NCBI GenBank assembly: GCA_003219415.1
Contig: QHOS01000017.1
Span: forward strand, 42,006 to 106,005
DNA length: 64,000 nucleotides
Reading direction: 5' to 3'
DNA from: Verrucomicrobiota bacterium
GTDB lineage: Bacteria > Verrucomicrobiota > Verrucomicrobiia > Chthoniobacterales > UBA10450
The notes beneath the pieces were generated by a model that was not told the DNA's origin, ran no database searches, and worked only from the letters and a program-made list of their open reading frames with translations. Of this stretch, positions 45,781 to 54,329 are shown in pieces; within the stretch, counting starts at the first letter, position 1, and each line of letters starts with the position of its first letter. The translations under genes and the position numbers were made by a program.

Positions 45781-46851
45781 ATGAGTTCTGAATACATCGC
45801 TTTAGCTAGTGATCGCATCCTGGTCACAGGGTCCAATGGTTTCATCGGCACAAGAGTTGTCGAGATTCTCTTGGGATACGGTTATCGCAATATCCGTTGT
45901 TTCGTCCGCCCCTCCAGTCGACTTGACCGGCTCGAGAAAGTACTCAGCCAGTTCGATGCCGGCAAGGATGTAGCTCTCGTTACAGGAGATCTTCTTTCGC
46001 CGACCGATTGCCGCAAAGCGGCGGAGGGTGTTTCAGTTATCTACCATCTCGCTGCCGGCATGGAAAAGTCGTTTGCAGGCGCATTTATGAACTCGGCGCT
46101 CGCTACGCGTAACTTGATGGATGCGTTTCTCCGGTTTGCCAAGCCAAAGCGTTTTGTGAATGTCAGTTCCTTTGCTGTTTATTCAAACCTGGCTTTGAAA
46201 CGTGGGGCTCTCCTGGATGAGAACTGTCCATTAGAGGATGCGCCCCAGGAACGATTTGATGCATATGGCTTCGGCAAACTTAAGCAGGAGGAACTGGTTA
46301 AGGAATATGGCGAGGTGCATAATCTGCCTTATGTGATTCTCAGACCAGGATACGTCTTTGGGCCTGGAAAGCGAGAATTGAACGGTCGCGTCGGGACCAG
46401 CGCCTTTGGACTTTTCGTCCAGGTGAGCGGCACGCAGTCCTTGCCGTTGACCTATGTTGATAACTGTGCTGAGGCCATTGTGCTAGCTGGTTTCAAGGCC
46501 GGGATTGATAGTGAGATTCTTAACGTCGTGGATGATGAGCTACTGACGGGTCAACAATTTTTAAAAGCTTACAAGGACAAGACAAAGTCTTTTATATCAG
46601 TTAGGATCCCTTACGTCGTTGGTTACACCATGTCCCTACTCTGGGAGAAGTACTGCCAGCGGTCGAAAAACCAACTTCCCCCTGCTTTTAATCGCCGCCG
46701 CTGTTCCGCCGAATGGAAGGGAAATCGCTATTCCAATCAGAAGCTCAAAGAACGGCTGGGGTGGAAGCCGCGGGTCCCAATGGAGCGGGCGATGGAGGCG
46801 TTTCTGAGCCAGTTTACATCGAACGGAAACGATGATCCGTTGAAGCGTTGA
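45781..46851 (+). CDS. NAD-dependent epimerase/dehydratase (SDR) family protein
   Basis: ILVTGSNGFIGTRVVEILL (GxxGxxG) and ...YGFGKLKQE (YxxxK). Confidence 0.85.
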   Translation: MSSEYIALASDRILVTGSNGFIGTRVVEILLGYGYRNIRCFVRPSSRLDRLEKVLSQFDAGKDVALVTGDLLSPTDCRKAAEGVSVIYHLAAGMEKSFAGAFMNSALATRNLMDAFLRFAKPKRFVNVSSFAVYSNLALKRGALLDENCPLEDAPQERFDAYGFGKLKQEELVKEYGEVHNLPYVILRPGYVFGPGKRELNGRVGTSAFGLFVQVSGTQSLPLTYVDNCAEAIVLAGFKAGIDSEILNVVDDELLTGQQFLKAYKDKTKSFISVRIPYVVGYTMSLLWEKYCQRSKNQLPPAFNRRRCSAEWKGNRYSNQKLKERLGWKPRVPMERAMEAFLSQFTSNGNDDPLKR

Positions 46852-46860
46852 AACCCGTCG

Positions 46861-46889
46861 CTAATCACTGATCACTTATGACTGATCAC
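46861..46889. repeat. GATC-rich spacer motif CTAATCACTGATCACTTA plus ACTGATCAC
   Basis: ctaatcactgatcacttatgactgatcac lies in the 46-bp spacer. A related ctaatctctgatctta occurs at 48054-48069, and the exact reverse complement gtgatcagtgat of 46864-46875 occurs at 56527-56538. Confidence 0.5.
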
Positions 46890-46897
46890 CATCCACC

Positions 46898-48043
46898 ATG
46901 TTAAAAATCGCTATCGTCGGCTGCGGCAAGGTCGCCGACCAGCATGTGGCGGCGATTCATCGCATCCCGGAATGCGAAATCGTTTCCGTTTGCGATTGGG
47001 AACCGCTCATGGCCAAACAACTTGGTCAACGGTTCGGCATTGCTGGATGCTTTTCCGACCTGAAAGAAATGCTGGAGGCTGTCTCTCCCGATATCGTTCA
47101 CATTACGACTCCGCCACGGAGCCATTATTCGCTTGCGAAACAGTGCCTCGAATCAGGAAGCCATGTCTATTTGGAAAAACCGTTCACTGTTACGGCCAGT
47201 GAGACAGAGTCGTTAATTCAGTTGGCTCAACGTCGTGGCCTAAAAATAACCGCGGGCCATAACTACCTGTTCACCCTCGAGATGCTCGAAATGCGCCGGC
47301 TGGTAGAGAAAGGATTTCTCGGCGGAAGACCGATTCATCTGGAAAGCTACTGGTCGTACGACCTGGGAGATTTAAGATACGCCAGCGCATTCCTCGGAAA
47401 TCGTAACCATTGGGTTCGCCAACTACCCGGGCAGTTATTTCACAACATTATTAGCCATGGGATTGGTAAACTGGCTGAGTTCCTTGATGACGAACTGACC
47501 GAAATTATCGCTACGGCACATCAAAGCGAACAACTCCGTAGCCTCGGCGCACAAGAAGTCTTGGATGAGCTAAGGGTCATGATTCGGGACAACCGTGGCA
47601 CGACTGCGTTCTTTTGTTTTTCGACTCAAATCAGAGGGCTTAACCAGTTGCGCGTTTACGGCCCGAGTGGGTCAGTAACTGCAGATATTATAACCGGAAG
47701 CCTTGTTCGAAATAAAAGCCGGTCATATAAAAGCTATCTCACATATTTTGTGCCTCCGTTAAAGAGCGCGCACGAATATTTTAGAAACGCGCGGGTAAAC
47801 GTGGCCAATTTCCTGACTAGACGACTTTATCAGGACTTCGGGATGAAGGAGTTGATTGAGCGCTTCTATAACAGCGTTCGAACAGGGAGCCCCCTTCCAA
47901 TTCCTTATCGCGAAATTATTTTAACGGCGCGAATAATGGATGAGATCTTCGTCCAGATCTATCCCGGCAGAAGTGAGATGCCGGAAATCGGGCACCAGGA
48001 GTCTGGACAGGCCGCCACCGTCGCAGTTTCTTCAGTAGCGTGA
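46898..48043 (+). CDS. Gfo/Idh/MocA family oxidoreductase (second copy)
   Basis: MLKIAIVGCGKVADQHVAAI...HITTPPRSHYSLAKQCLESGSHVYLEKP. Confidence 0.85.
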   Translation: MLKIAIVGCGKVADQHVAAIHRIPECEIVSVCDWEPLMAKQLGQRFGIAGCFSDLKEMLEAVSPDIVHITTPPRSHYSLAKQCLESGSHVYLEKPFTVTASETESLIQLAQRRGLKITAGHNYLFTLEMLEMRRLVEKGFLGGRPIHLESYWSYDLGDLRYASAFLGNRNHWVRQLPGQLFHNIISHGIGKLAEFLDDELTEIIATAHQSEQLRSLGAQEVLDELRVMIRDNRGTTAFFCFSTQIRGLNQLRVYGPSGSVTADIITGSLVRNKSRSYKSYLTYFVPPLKSAHEYFRNARVNVANFLTRRLYQDFGMKELIERFYNSVRTGSPLPIPYREIILTARIMDEIFVQIYPGRSEMPEIGHQESGQAATVAVSSVA

Positions 48044-48071
48044 TATCTGAGTTCTAATCTCTGATCTTAGT

Positions 48072-48980
48072 ATGAAGTACGTTCTGATCACTCCCGCGCA
48101 CAACGAGGAAGCTTTCATTGAAAAGACTCTCGTCTCCATGGTCGCGCAGACAGTGTTGCCGGAGCGCTGGGTCATAGTTGATGACGGCTCGACGGATCAA
48201 ACGGCGAAAACTATCCAGAAGTATGCTGAGCGCTACCCGTGGATCGAGCTGGTCAGTCGCCCACAGCGCAAGGATCGTACCTTCGCTGGTAAGGTGCATG
48301 CATTTAATGCGGGATTGGAACGGCTCCAGGGACTTCGATTTGAAGTAATCGGGAATCTGGACGCAGACCTTTCATTTGATCCGGAATACCTAGGGTTTTT
48401 GATTGGAAAGTTTGCAGAAGATCCACGGCTAGGCGTCGCCGGGACGCCGTTTACAGAGGATGGCGGTTACGACACTGCCCGGGATAGTTTTGAGGGTAAG
48501 AACCATGTAGCTGGCGGATGCCAGCTTTTCCGGAGACAGTGTTTTGAAGAAGTAGGCGGTTACATCCCGAACCCTGCGGGAGGAATCGACTGGATCGCGG
48601 TCACCACAGCGCGGATGAAGGGATGGAAAACGCGATCCTTTTCTGAAAAGCGCTTTCATCATTACCGAACGCTTGGCACGGCGGGGAAAACCAGCTGGGC
48701 TGCAAGCTTTTCTTACGGTGAAAAGGATTATTATCTAGGCGGTTCCCCGCTCTGGCAGCTCTTTCGAGTGGTTTATAGAATGACAAAGCAACCGGTTGAC
48801 GGGTTGGCGTTGCTGTCTGGTTACTGCTGGTCCGCCATACGGCATATAGATCGCCCCGTTTCCCATGAATTGATGCGCTTTCATCGCTGGGAACAGACGA
48901 AGAAATTGAAAGCTATTTTTCGCAGTCTTTTGCGATTTAACAAGATCGACAACTTTTCGTTGTTAACGGAGCGGAGCTAA
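48072..48980 (+). CDS. glycosyltransferase family 2
   Basis: VLITPAHNEEAFIEKTL...WVIVDDGSTDQT...NLDADL. Confidence 0.85.
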   Translation: MKYVLITPAHNEEAFIEKTLVSMVAQTVLPERWVIVDDGSTDQTAKTIQKYAERYPWIELVSRPQRKDRTFAGKVHAFNAGLERLQGLRFEVIGNLDADLSFDPEYLGFLIGKFAEDPRLGVAGTPFTEDGGYDTARDSFEGKNHVAGGCQLFRRQCFEEVGGYIPNPAGGIDWIAVTTARMKGWKTRSFSEKRFHHYRTLGTAGKTSWAASFSYGEKDYYLGGSPLWQLFRVVYRMTKQPVDGLALLSGYCWSAIRHIDRPVSHELMRFHRWEQTKKLKAIFRSLLRFNKIDNFSLLTERS

Positions 48981-49005
48981 GCACAGGCCAGTAGTTAGAG
49001 ATCAG

Positions 49006-50310
49006 ATGACGAAGGACGGACGGCGGATGGAGGAGAGTATGCAACGCACGGACAAGGTTTCTCGCGCTCTTACGGACTTTACCGAATGGCTTGGGGTCTT
49101 TGGTGAAACATCATGGGACTATCAGAGCTTTTTTGCTGGTCCGATTGGTGGGCGGGCCAAGGCGCTGTACTATCGGGATCGCGTTTGGGGGACAGCGGCG
49201 GTCGCTCCCATGATATTCTTTGAGGCAGTCCTTCCTTCTGGTCGACGCCTATTCCATCGTCCCCTGCGGTTCCCGATTGCGGACGCCCATTACGCGATGG
49301 GTTTTGCCTTCCTTTACGAGGCAACCAGAGATTTCTCGCAACTGGAAAATGCAATCCATTTTCTGACCGAATTAAAAGAGTCGCGCTGTCGGCTGTTCAA
49401 AGAATGTTGCTGGGGATATCCCTTTGACTGGGTGACTCGCAACGGAATTATCAAGAAACAAACTCCGCTCATAACCACCACGCCTTACGTGTATGAAGCA
49501 TTTCTCCAAGTGTTCGAACTGCATCCAGAAGAGGAGTGGAAATTGATTGCCGAATCGATTGCCCGGCACGCCGCGACCGACATCAAGAGTTTCCCAACAT
49601 CGGAAACGGCTAGCAGTTGTTCCTACACTCCCTTTGATCAGGGCGGAGTCATTAACGCCGCCGCTTACCGTGCGTTTCTTCTAACGAGTGCTTCCCGAGT
49701 TTTCTCTAATGAGGATTATTGGAGAATCGCGAAACGCAATCTCAATTTCATATTGGAGAATCAAAATCAAGACGGTTCATGGTATTACGCGGTGGATGGA
49801 GTACGGGACTTTATTGACCACTATCATACTTGTTTCGTCATGAAAGCCCTGGCCAAGATTCACACTTTGACTGGAGATGAATCGTGTAAAGAGGCGCTTT
49901 CGAAAGGAGTGAAGTATTACCTTGCAAATCTCTTTGATGAGGAGGGCCTTCCGAAACCTTTTTCCAAAGCCCCACGCCTGACAGTTTACAAGCGAGAGCT
50001 TTATGACTGGGCTGAGTGCGTCAACTTATGTTTGCTGCTTCGGGACAGGTTCCCCCAACTAGAGACAACCCTGCAAACAGTTATCGACGGGATTCTAAAG
50101 GACTGGATCAAGCCGGATGGTTCTTTTCGCTCCCGTCGACTGTATTTAGGGTGGGATAACGTTCCGATGCACCGGTGGGCGCAGTCGCAGATGTTTCGCA
50201 GTTTGGCGTTCTATTTTCGCGAAGCCAAGAACGCTGAAAAATTGAGACCTGACATGGTGAAAAGAGAGACACGCGAACCGGGAGTGTGCGCCACGTTTAA
50301 CCACTCCTGA
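49006..50310 (+). CDS. hypothetical protein, possibly an (alpha/alpha)-toroid fold enzyme
   Basis: 434 aa in a coding-like context inside the operon. It has a QNQDGSWYY motif of the kind seen in alpha/alpha-barrel repeat proteins, plus WGYPFDW and RWAQSQMFRSLA. No firm family is assigned. Confidence 0.55.
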   Translation: MTKDGRRMEESMQRTDKVSRALTDFTEWLGVFGETSWDYQSFFAGPIGGRAKALYYRDRVWGTAAVAPMIFFEAVLPSGRRLFHRPLRFPIADAHYAMGFAFLYEATRDFSQLENAIHFLTELKESRCRLFKECCWGYPFDWVTRNGIIKKQTPLITTTPYVYEAFLQVFELHPEEEWKLIAESIARHAATDIKSFPTSETASSCSYTPFDQGGVINAAAYRAFLLTSASRVFSNEDYWRIAKRNLNFILENQNQDGSWYYAVDGVRDFIDHYHTCFVMKALAKIHTLTGDESCKEALSKGVKYYLANLFDEEGLPKPFSKAPRLTVYKRELYDWAECVNLCLLLRDRFPQLETTLQTVIDGILKDWIKPDGSFRSRRLYLGWDNVPMHRWAQSQMFRSLAFYFREAKNAEKLRPDMVKRETREPGVCATFNHS

Positions 50311-50320
50311 AAGGTAAAAG

Positions 50321-51181
50321 ATGAAATCACCTGCCGTTTCTCCTGATATTTCGCACGGGTCCGAGCACCAGACGCTCGTCGACACGCACTTTGATTTGAA
50401 CGTCGCTGGATGGAGAGACGTTTATGATCAAATCAATGTCCACGGCGCCATTTATCGGAAGCGCTTGGAGATTGTGTTAGAGTGGATCGACGACTTGGCA
50501 ATTCCAGGCGGAGAAAAGGTTCTTGAAATTGGATGTGGTAGCGGAAGATGCACAGTCGCATTAGCTCAGCGGGGCTATCTCGTCCATGCGATGGATTCTG
50601 TGGCAGGAATGGTAGATTCTACCCGCGAACGTGTAGGTCAAGCGGGTGTGAAGTCTTCTGTTTCAATCGGTTTGGGCGATGCGCATCACCTGGCTTTCAG
50701 AGATGGTAGCTTCGGACTTGTTCTCGCAATCGGAGTGATGCCTTATCTTCATTCTCCTCAGAAGGCTTTGAGCGAAATGGCTCGGGTGCTCAAACCTGGC
50801 GGCTTTCTATTAATCACAGCAGGCAATCGCTGGCGACTCAAGCGCATCCTCGATCCCTGGTTTAGTCCCCCAATGCAACCTGCGAGGAAAGTTATCAAAG
50901 CAATCCTGCGGTGCTTTCGCGACGCTCGGCCTGACGATGCTGGGCCGCCGCTTCGACTCGATTCATTGCGTGAATTAGACCGGTGGCTTGCGACTGTCGG
51001 ACTTTTGAAGATCAAAGCAAGAACTGTGGGATTTCCACCTCTCACGTTTCGTGGCCGGCCGATTCTTGGAGAGCGAACGTCGATCAGGTTGAATCACTGG
51101 CTGCAGCGGCTAGCCGATCGCAATGTCCCAGGCGTGAGATCAAGCGGCATGGACCATATCGTTCTAGCTCAAAAGGTGTAA
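50321..51181 (+). CDS. class I SAM-dependent methyltransferase
   Basis: VLEIGCGSGRCTVALAQRGY (motif I) and ...LKPGGFLLIT. Confidence 0.85.
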   Translation: MKSPAVSPDISHGSEHQTLVDTHFDLNVAGWRDVYDQINVHGAIYRKRLEIVLEWIDDLAIPGGEKVLEIGCGSGRCTVALAQRGYLVHAMDSVAGMVDSTRERVGQAGVKSSVSIGLGDAHHLAFRDGSFGLVLAIGVMPYLHSPQKALSEMARVLKPGGFLLITAGNRWRLKRILDPWFSPPMQPARKVIKAILRCFRDARPDDAGPPLRLDSLRELDRWLATVGLLKIKARTVGFPPLTFRGRPILGERTSIRLNHWLQRLADRNVPGVRSSGMDHIVLAQKV

Positions 51182-51188
51182 CAAACCA

Positions 51189-53132
51189 ATGTGCGGTATC
51201 TGTGGTCAGTTTAACTTTGGTAGAAACGAGTCCGTGCAACCGGACACTATCCGACGGATGACCCAAACCATGGTTCATCGTGGTCCAGATGATGACGGCT
51301 ATTATTTCTCCGGCTCGCTTGGTTTGGGCTTTCGACGGCTATCAATCATTGACCTCGCCGGCGGTCATCAGCCGATGTCCGACGCCGAGGAAACGGTCTG
51401 GGTCACGTTGAATGGCGAAATTTACAATTTCAAAGAACTTCGCGCCGAGCTGGAGAGCCGTGGCCACAGTTTTCGAACTGAATCCGACACAGAAGTAATC
51501 ATTCACGGTTACAAGGAATGGGGCATCGACGTACTCAATCAGCTTAACGGTATGTTTGGCCTCGCTATTTGGGATGTGAAAAAACGACGGCTAGTGGTGG
51601 CCCGGGACGCAATGGGTATCAAACTGATTTATTATCGGCTTACGAATAGCCAGTTGAGCTTTGGATCCGAGATTCGGTCAGTTCTCGCTGCAGCAAGCTC
51701 GGGGGCTAACGTCGATCCAGCCGCACTCAATCTCTTTCTCCGGTTTCGCTACACGCCGTCCCCTTTGACCATCTTTGAAGGGGTCCGAAAGCTGGCACCT
51801 GGTACAATGCTAATCGCTGAGAACGGGAAATGTCGCGAAGCACGTTGGTACAATTACACGCCAGTGCCATTCTCAGGCCGAAAAGAGGAGAAAGAGGCGG
51901 CAGAAGAACTTCTTGAGTTGTATCGCGGAGCTGTGAAGCGTCACCTCCTGAGCGACGTTCCTGTGGGAATCCTTCTTAGCGGCGGGATTGACTCGGGCTT
52001 GCTGCTGGCATTGATGAACGAACAAGGCGGGCCCTGGCCTACCTATACCATAGGTTACGGAGAGAGCTTCCACGACGACGAGCTAACCGATGCGGCGGAG
52101 ACGGCAAAGATTTTGCGCGCCAAGCACGTAACAGTAAAGCTCGATAGGGCAGAGTTCGAACGCTGTCTTCCGAAAATCGTGGAGTGTTTGGAGGAGCCTG
52201 TCGCGGCCTCATCCATTGTTCCGATGTACTTCGTTTCACAGCGGGCGCGGCAGGACGTGAAAGTCGCGTTGGTCGGTCAGGGACCGGATGAATTGTTCGG
52301 CGGCTACAAACGGCATTTGGGTGTTCGTTATGGGGATTGGTGGCGCGGGCTGCCAGGCGTTATCCGTTCCTCTGTTAGCTTCGCTGTTGATCGATTGCCT
52401 CGTAACGAAACATTGAAACGCGGGGTCTCGTCCTTGGGAACGCTGGATAGAATGAAGCGCTATCAGGATGTTTTTTCTCTGGCGCCAGCGGATACCATAG
52501 ACGGACTCTTTCGGGGCGACATACTTCCTAACCAAAACGGCCATGCCCTTGTTGACTATTGGCACGATCTGATTCCACAAATGGCGCACACGGATGAGCT
52601 GGGTGCCTTTCAGCTTCTTGAAATTCGTTCTTCGCTGCCTGATGAGCTTCTCATGTATGCCGATAAGTTATCGATGGCCCATAGCCTTGAGGTGCGTGTG
52701 CCTTATCTCGATCGAACGATCGTCGAATACGCGCAGCGACTCGGTGCAGGATTCAAGGTTCGCAATGGCAGTCGAAAGTGGTTGCACCGTCGAGTGTGCG
52801 AACGATATCTGCCATCTCGCATCTTGAAGCGAAAGAAGCGCGGTTTTGCTGTAAACGTAGTGGACGATTGGTTTCATTCATCACTAAATAGCGAGCTTCA
52901 GGAAGTGCTCCGTGATGAAAGCTCTCTTATGTTTGGTTTCCTCAATCCTAAAGCAGTGCGAAGCCTTCTTAAAAGTCACCAGTCCGGGCGCCAGGACAAC
53001 CACAAGCTTCTATTTAGCTTGGTAATGGTCGAACAATGGTTGCGGCGGAGTTGGTCGCGTCAAGACTGGCGAATGTCTCCGGCATCGCAGGGAATCGGTG
53101 GGTTTGATTCGCATATTAGGCAAACGCAATGA
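51189..53132 (+). CDS. asnB: asparagine synthase (glutamine-hydrolysing) family amidotransferase
   Basis: MCGICGQFNF (Cys2 Ntn nucleophile), RGPDD, and the SGGIDS PP-loop (ILLSGGIDSGLL). 647 aa. Confidence 0.9.
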   Translation: MCGICGQFNFGRNESVQPDTIRRMTQTMVHRGPDDDGYYFSGSLGLGFRRLSIIDLAGGHQPMSDAEETVWVTLNGEIYNFKELRAELESRGHSFRTESDTEVIIHGYKEWGIDVLNQLNGMFGLAIWDVKKRRLVVARDAMGIKLIYYRLTNSQLSFGSEIRSVLAAASSGANVDPAALNLFLRFRYTPSPLTIFEGVRKLAPGTMLIAENGKCREARWYNYTPVPFSGRKEEKEAAEELLELYRGAVKRHLLSDVPVGILLSGGIDSGLLLALMNEQGGPWPTYTIGYGESFHDDELTDAAETAKILRAKHVTVKLDRAEFERCLPKIVECLEEPVAASSIVPMYFVSQRARQDVKVALVGQGPDELFGGYKRHLGVRYGDWWRGLPGVIRSSVSFAVDRLPRNETLKRGVSSLGTLDRMKRYQDVFSLAPADTIDGLFRGDILPNQNGHALVDYWHDLIPQMAHTDELGAFQLLEIRSSLPDELLMYADKLSMAHSLEVRVPYLDRTIVEYAQRLGAGFKVRNGSRKWLHRRVCERYLPSRILKRKKRGFAVNVVDDWFHSSLNSELQEVLRDESSLMFGFLNPKAVRSLLKSHQSGRQDNHKLLFSLVMVEQWLRRSWSRQDWRMSPASQGIGGFDSHIRQTQ

Positions 53133-54115
53133 CTACCAGCGCTAAACTGGAAGAGATTCGCATCGCGGGTAAGACATTCCATGTCCCATCAGCTGAGGTC
53201 TGTGGCCGAACCGTTGTGGTAACCGGCAGATGGATCAGGACAGCAGAAATTAAAGATGAAGCGGTGATAGAAGGCACGGTCGTTGCAGATCCTGACACAT
53301 TTATTGCGAAATTGAAGGAGAGTCAGTTACAAGCCGATGTCTTTACGTTTTCTCAAAGGCCGGCTCAGGTTTCAGCAAAACATGAGTATCACTGGGAATG
53401 GGACAACTGGGCTGCAATACCGACAGCTTGCTTTAAGGGTTGGTGGGAAAATCTGCCTCAAGTGTCGCGGAAGAATGTCAGGCGTTCTGCCAAACGTGGC
53501 GTCGTCGTAAAAGTTGTACCGTTTGATGAGGATCTTGTCAAAGGTGTCCATAGAATTTATAACAGCATACGTATACGAGACGGAAGACTCTTCTGGCATT
53601 TTGGAAAAAATTCGGACACAGTCAGGCAAGAGCTCGCTACTTATCTGGATCGAAGTGATTTTATCGGCGCGTATTTAGATGGGGAACTTATAGGTTTCCT
53701 GAAAATGGTTTACGTTGACGACTTGGCGACGATTTTTCACATCGTCTCGATGGACGAGCATTATGACAAGCGACCCCAAAACGCACTGATCGCTAAGGCA
53801 GCGGCGGTCTGCGAGCAAAAACGAATCTCGCATCTGATCTACGGAAGATTCATTTATGGCAACAAGCGCCGGAGCTCCCTCGTGGAATTCAAGCGTCGGA
53901 ACGGTTTCCAGCAAGTTAACTTTCCAAGGTATTACATTCCGTTGACCCTGAGGGGCTATCTATTCGTCCGGCTACGCCTGTACAGAGGCTTTGGCGGGTT
54001 GCTTCCGGAGCCCATTCTTCAAGTAGCTCTAAGTTGCAGAGCCTGGTATTACAAGAGAATTTTAACGAACCTTACTTTCCAACACAACAAATTCGCCGGT
54101 GTAGCTCAACGTTAG
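53129..54115 (+). CDS. FemAB/GNAT-fold (Acetyltransf_6-like) protein, hypothetical function
   Basis: 328 aa with an ATGA overlap onto asnB. NVRRSAKRGVVVKVV...FIGAYLDGELIGFLKMVY...SSLVEFKRRNGF resembles the C-terminal acyl/aminoacyl-transferase half of FemAB-family proteins. The last 7 codons and the TAG lie inside the tRNA-like sequence. Confidence 0.6.
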   Translation: MTTSAKLEEIRIAGKTFHVPSAEVCGRTVVVTGRWIRTAEIKDEAVIEGTVVADPDTFIAKLKESQLQADVFTFSQRPAQVSAKHEYHWEWDNWAAIPTACFKGWWENLPQVSRKNVRRSAKRGVVVKVVPFDEDLVKGVHRIYNSIRIRDGRLFWHFGKNSDTVRQELATYLDRSDFIGAYLDGELIGFLKMVYVDDLATIFHIVSMDEHYDKRPQNALIAKAAAVCEQKRISHLIYGRFIYGNKRRSSLVEFKRRNGFQQVNFPRYYIPLTLRGYLFVRLRLYRGFGGLLPEPILQVALSCRAWYYKRILTNLTFQHNKFAGVAQR

Positions 54116-54166
54116 AGCAGCTGATCTGTAATCAGCAGATGGAGTGTTCGATTCCTCCCGCCGGCT
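54095..54166 (+). tRNA. tRNA-Thr(UGU)-like sequence with non-canonical D-loop, position 33 and T-stem (specialised tRNA or pseudo-tRNA)
   Basis: Hand fold: GCCGGTG-TA-GCTC-AACGTTA-GAGC-A-GCTGA-TCTGTAA-TCAGC-AGAT-GGAG[T]G-TTCGATT-CCTCC-CGCCGGC-T. There is no G18G19. Position 33 is C. One T is bulged in the T-stem. The 3' tail is CCCA rather than CCA. Confidence 0.55.
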
Positions 54167-54329
54167 CCCATTTCGGACAAAATCGCGATAACCTATAAAA
54201 GGGTCCCATGTTGGGTTGCTTAATTGGTAGCCGTCTCTTAGCTAATGAAGGTAGCCCCCTGCAAAACTCGGGACATCTCGCATTTTCAGCGAGATTCGAA
54301 GAACCACTGAACTGACCACGCGTACGATT

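Noticed and set aside
54167-54170. Encoded CCA end for the tRNA-Thr-like element
   Set aside because: The sequence after discriminator T54166 is CCCA, not CCA, so the 3' end would have to be processed and CCA added. It cannot be used as support for a functional tRNA.
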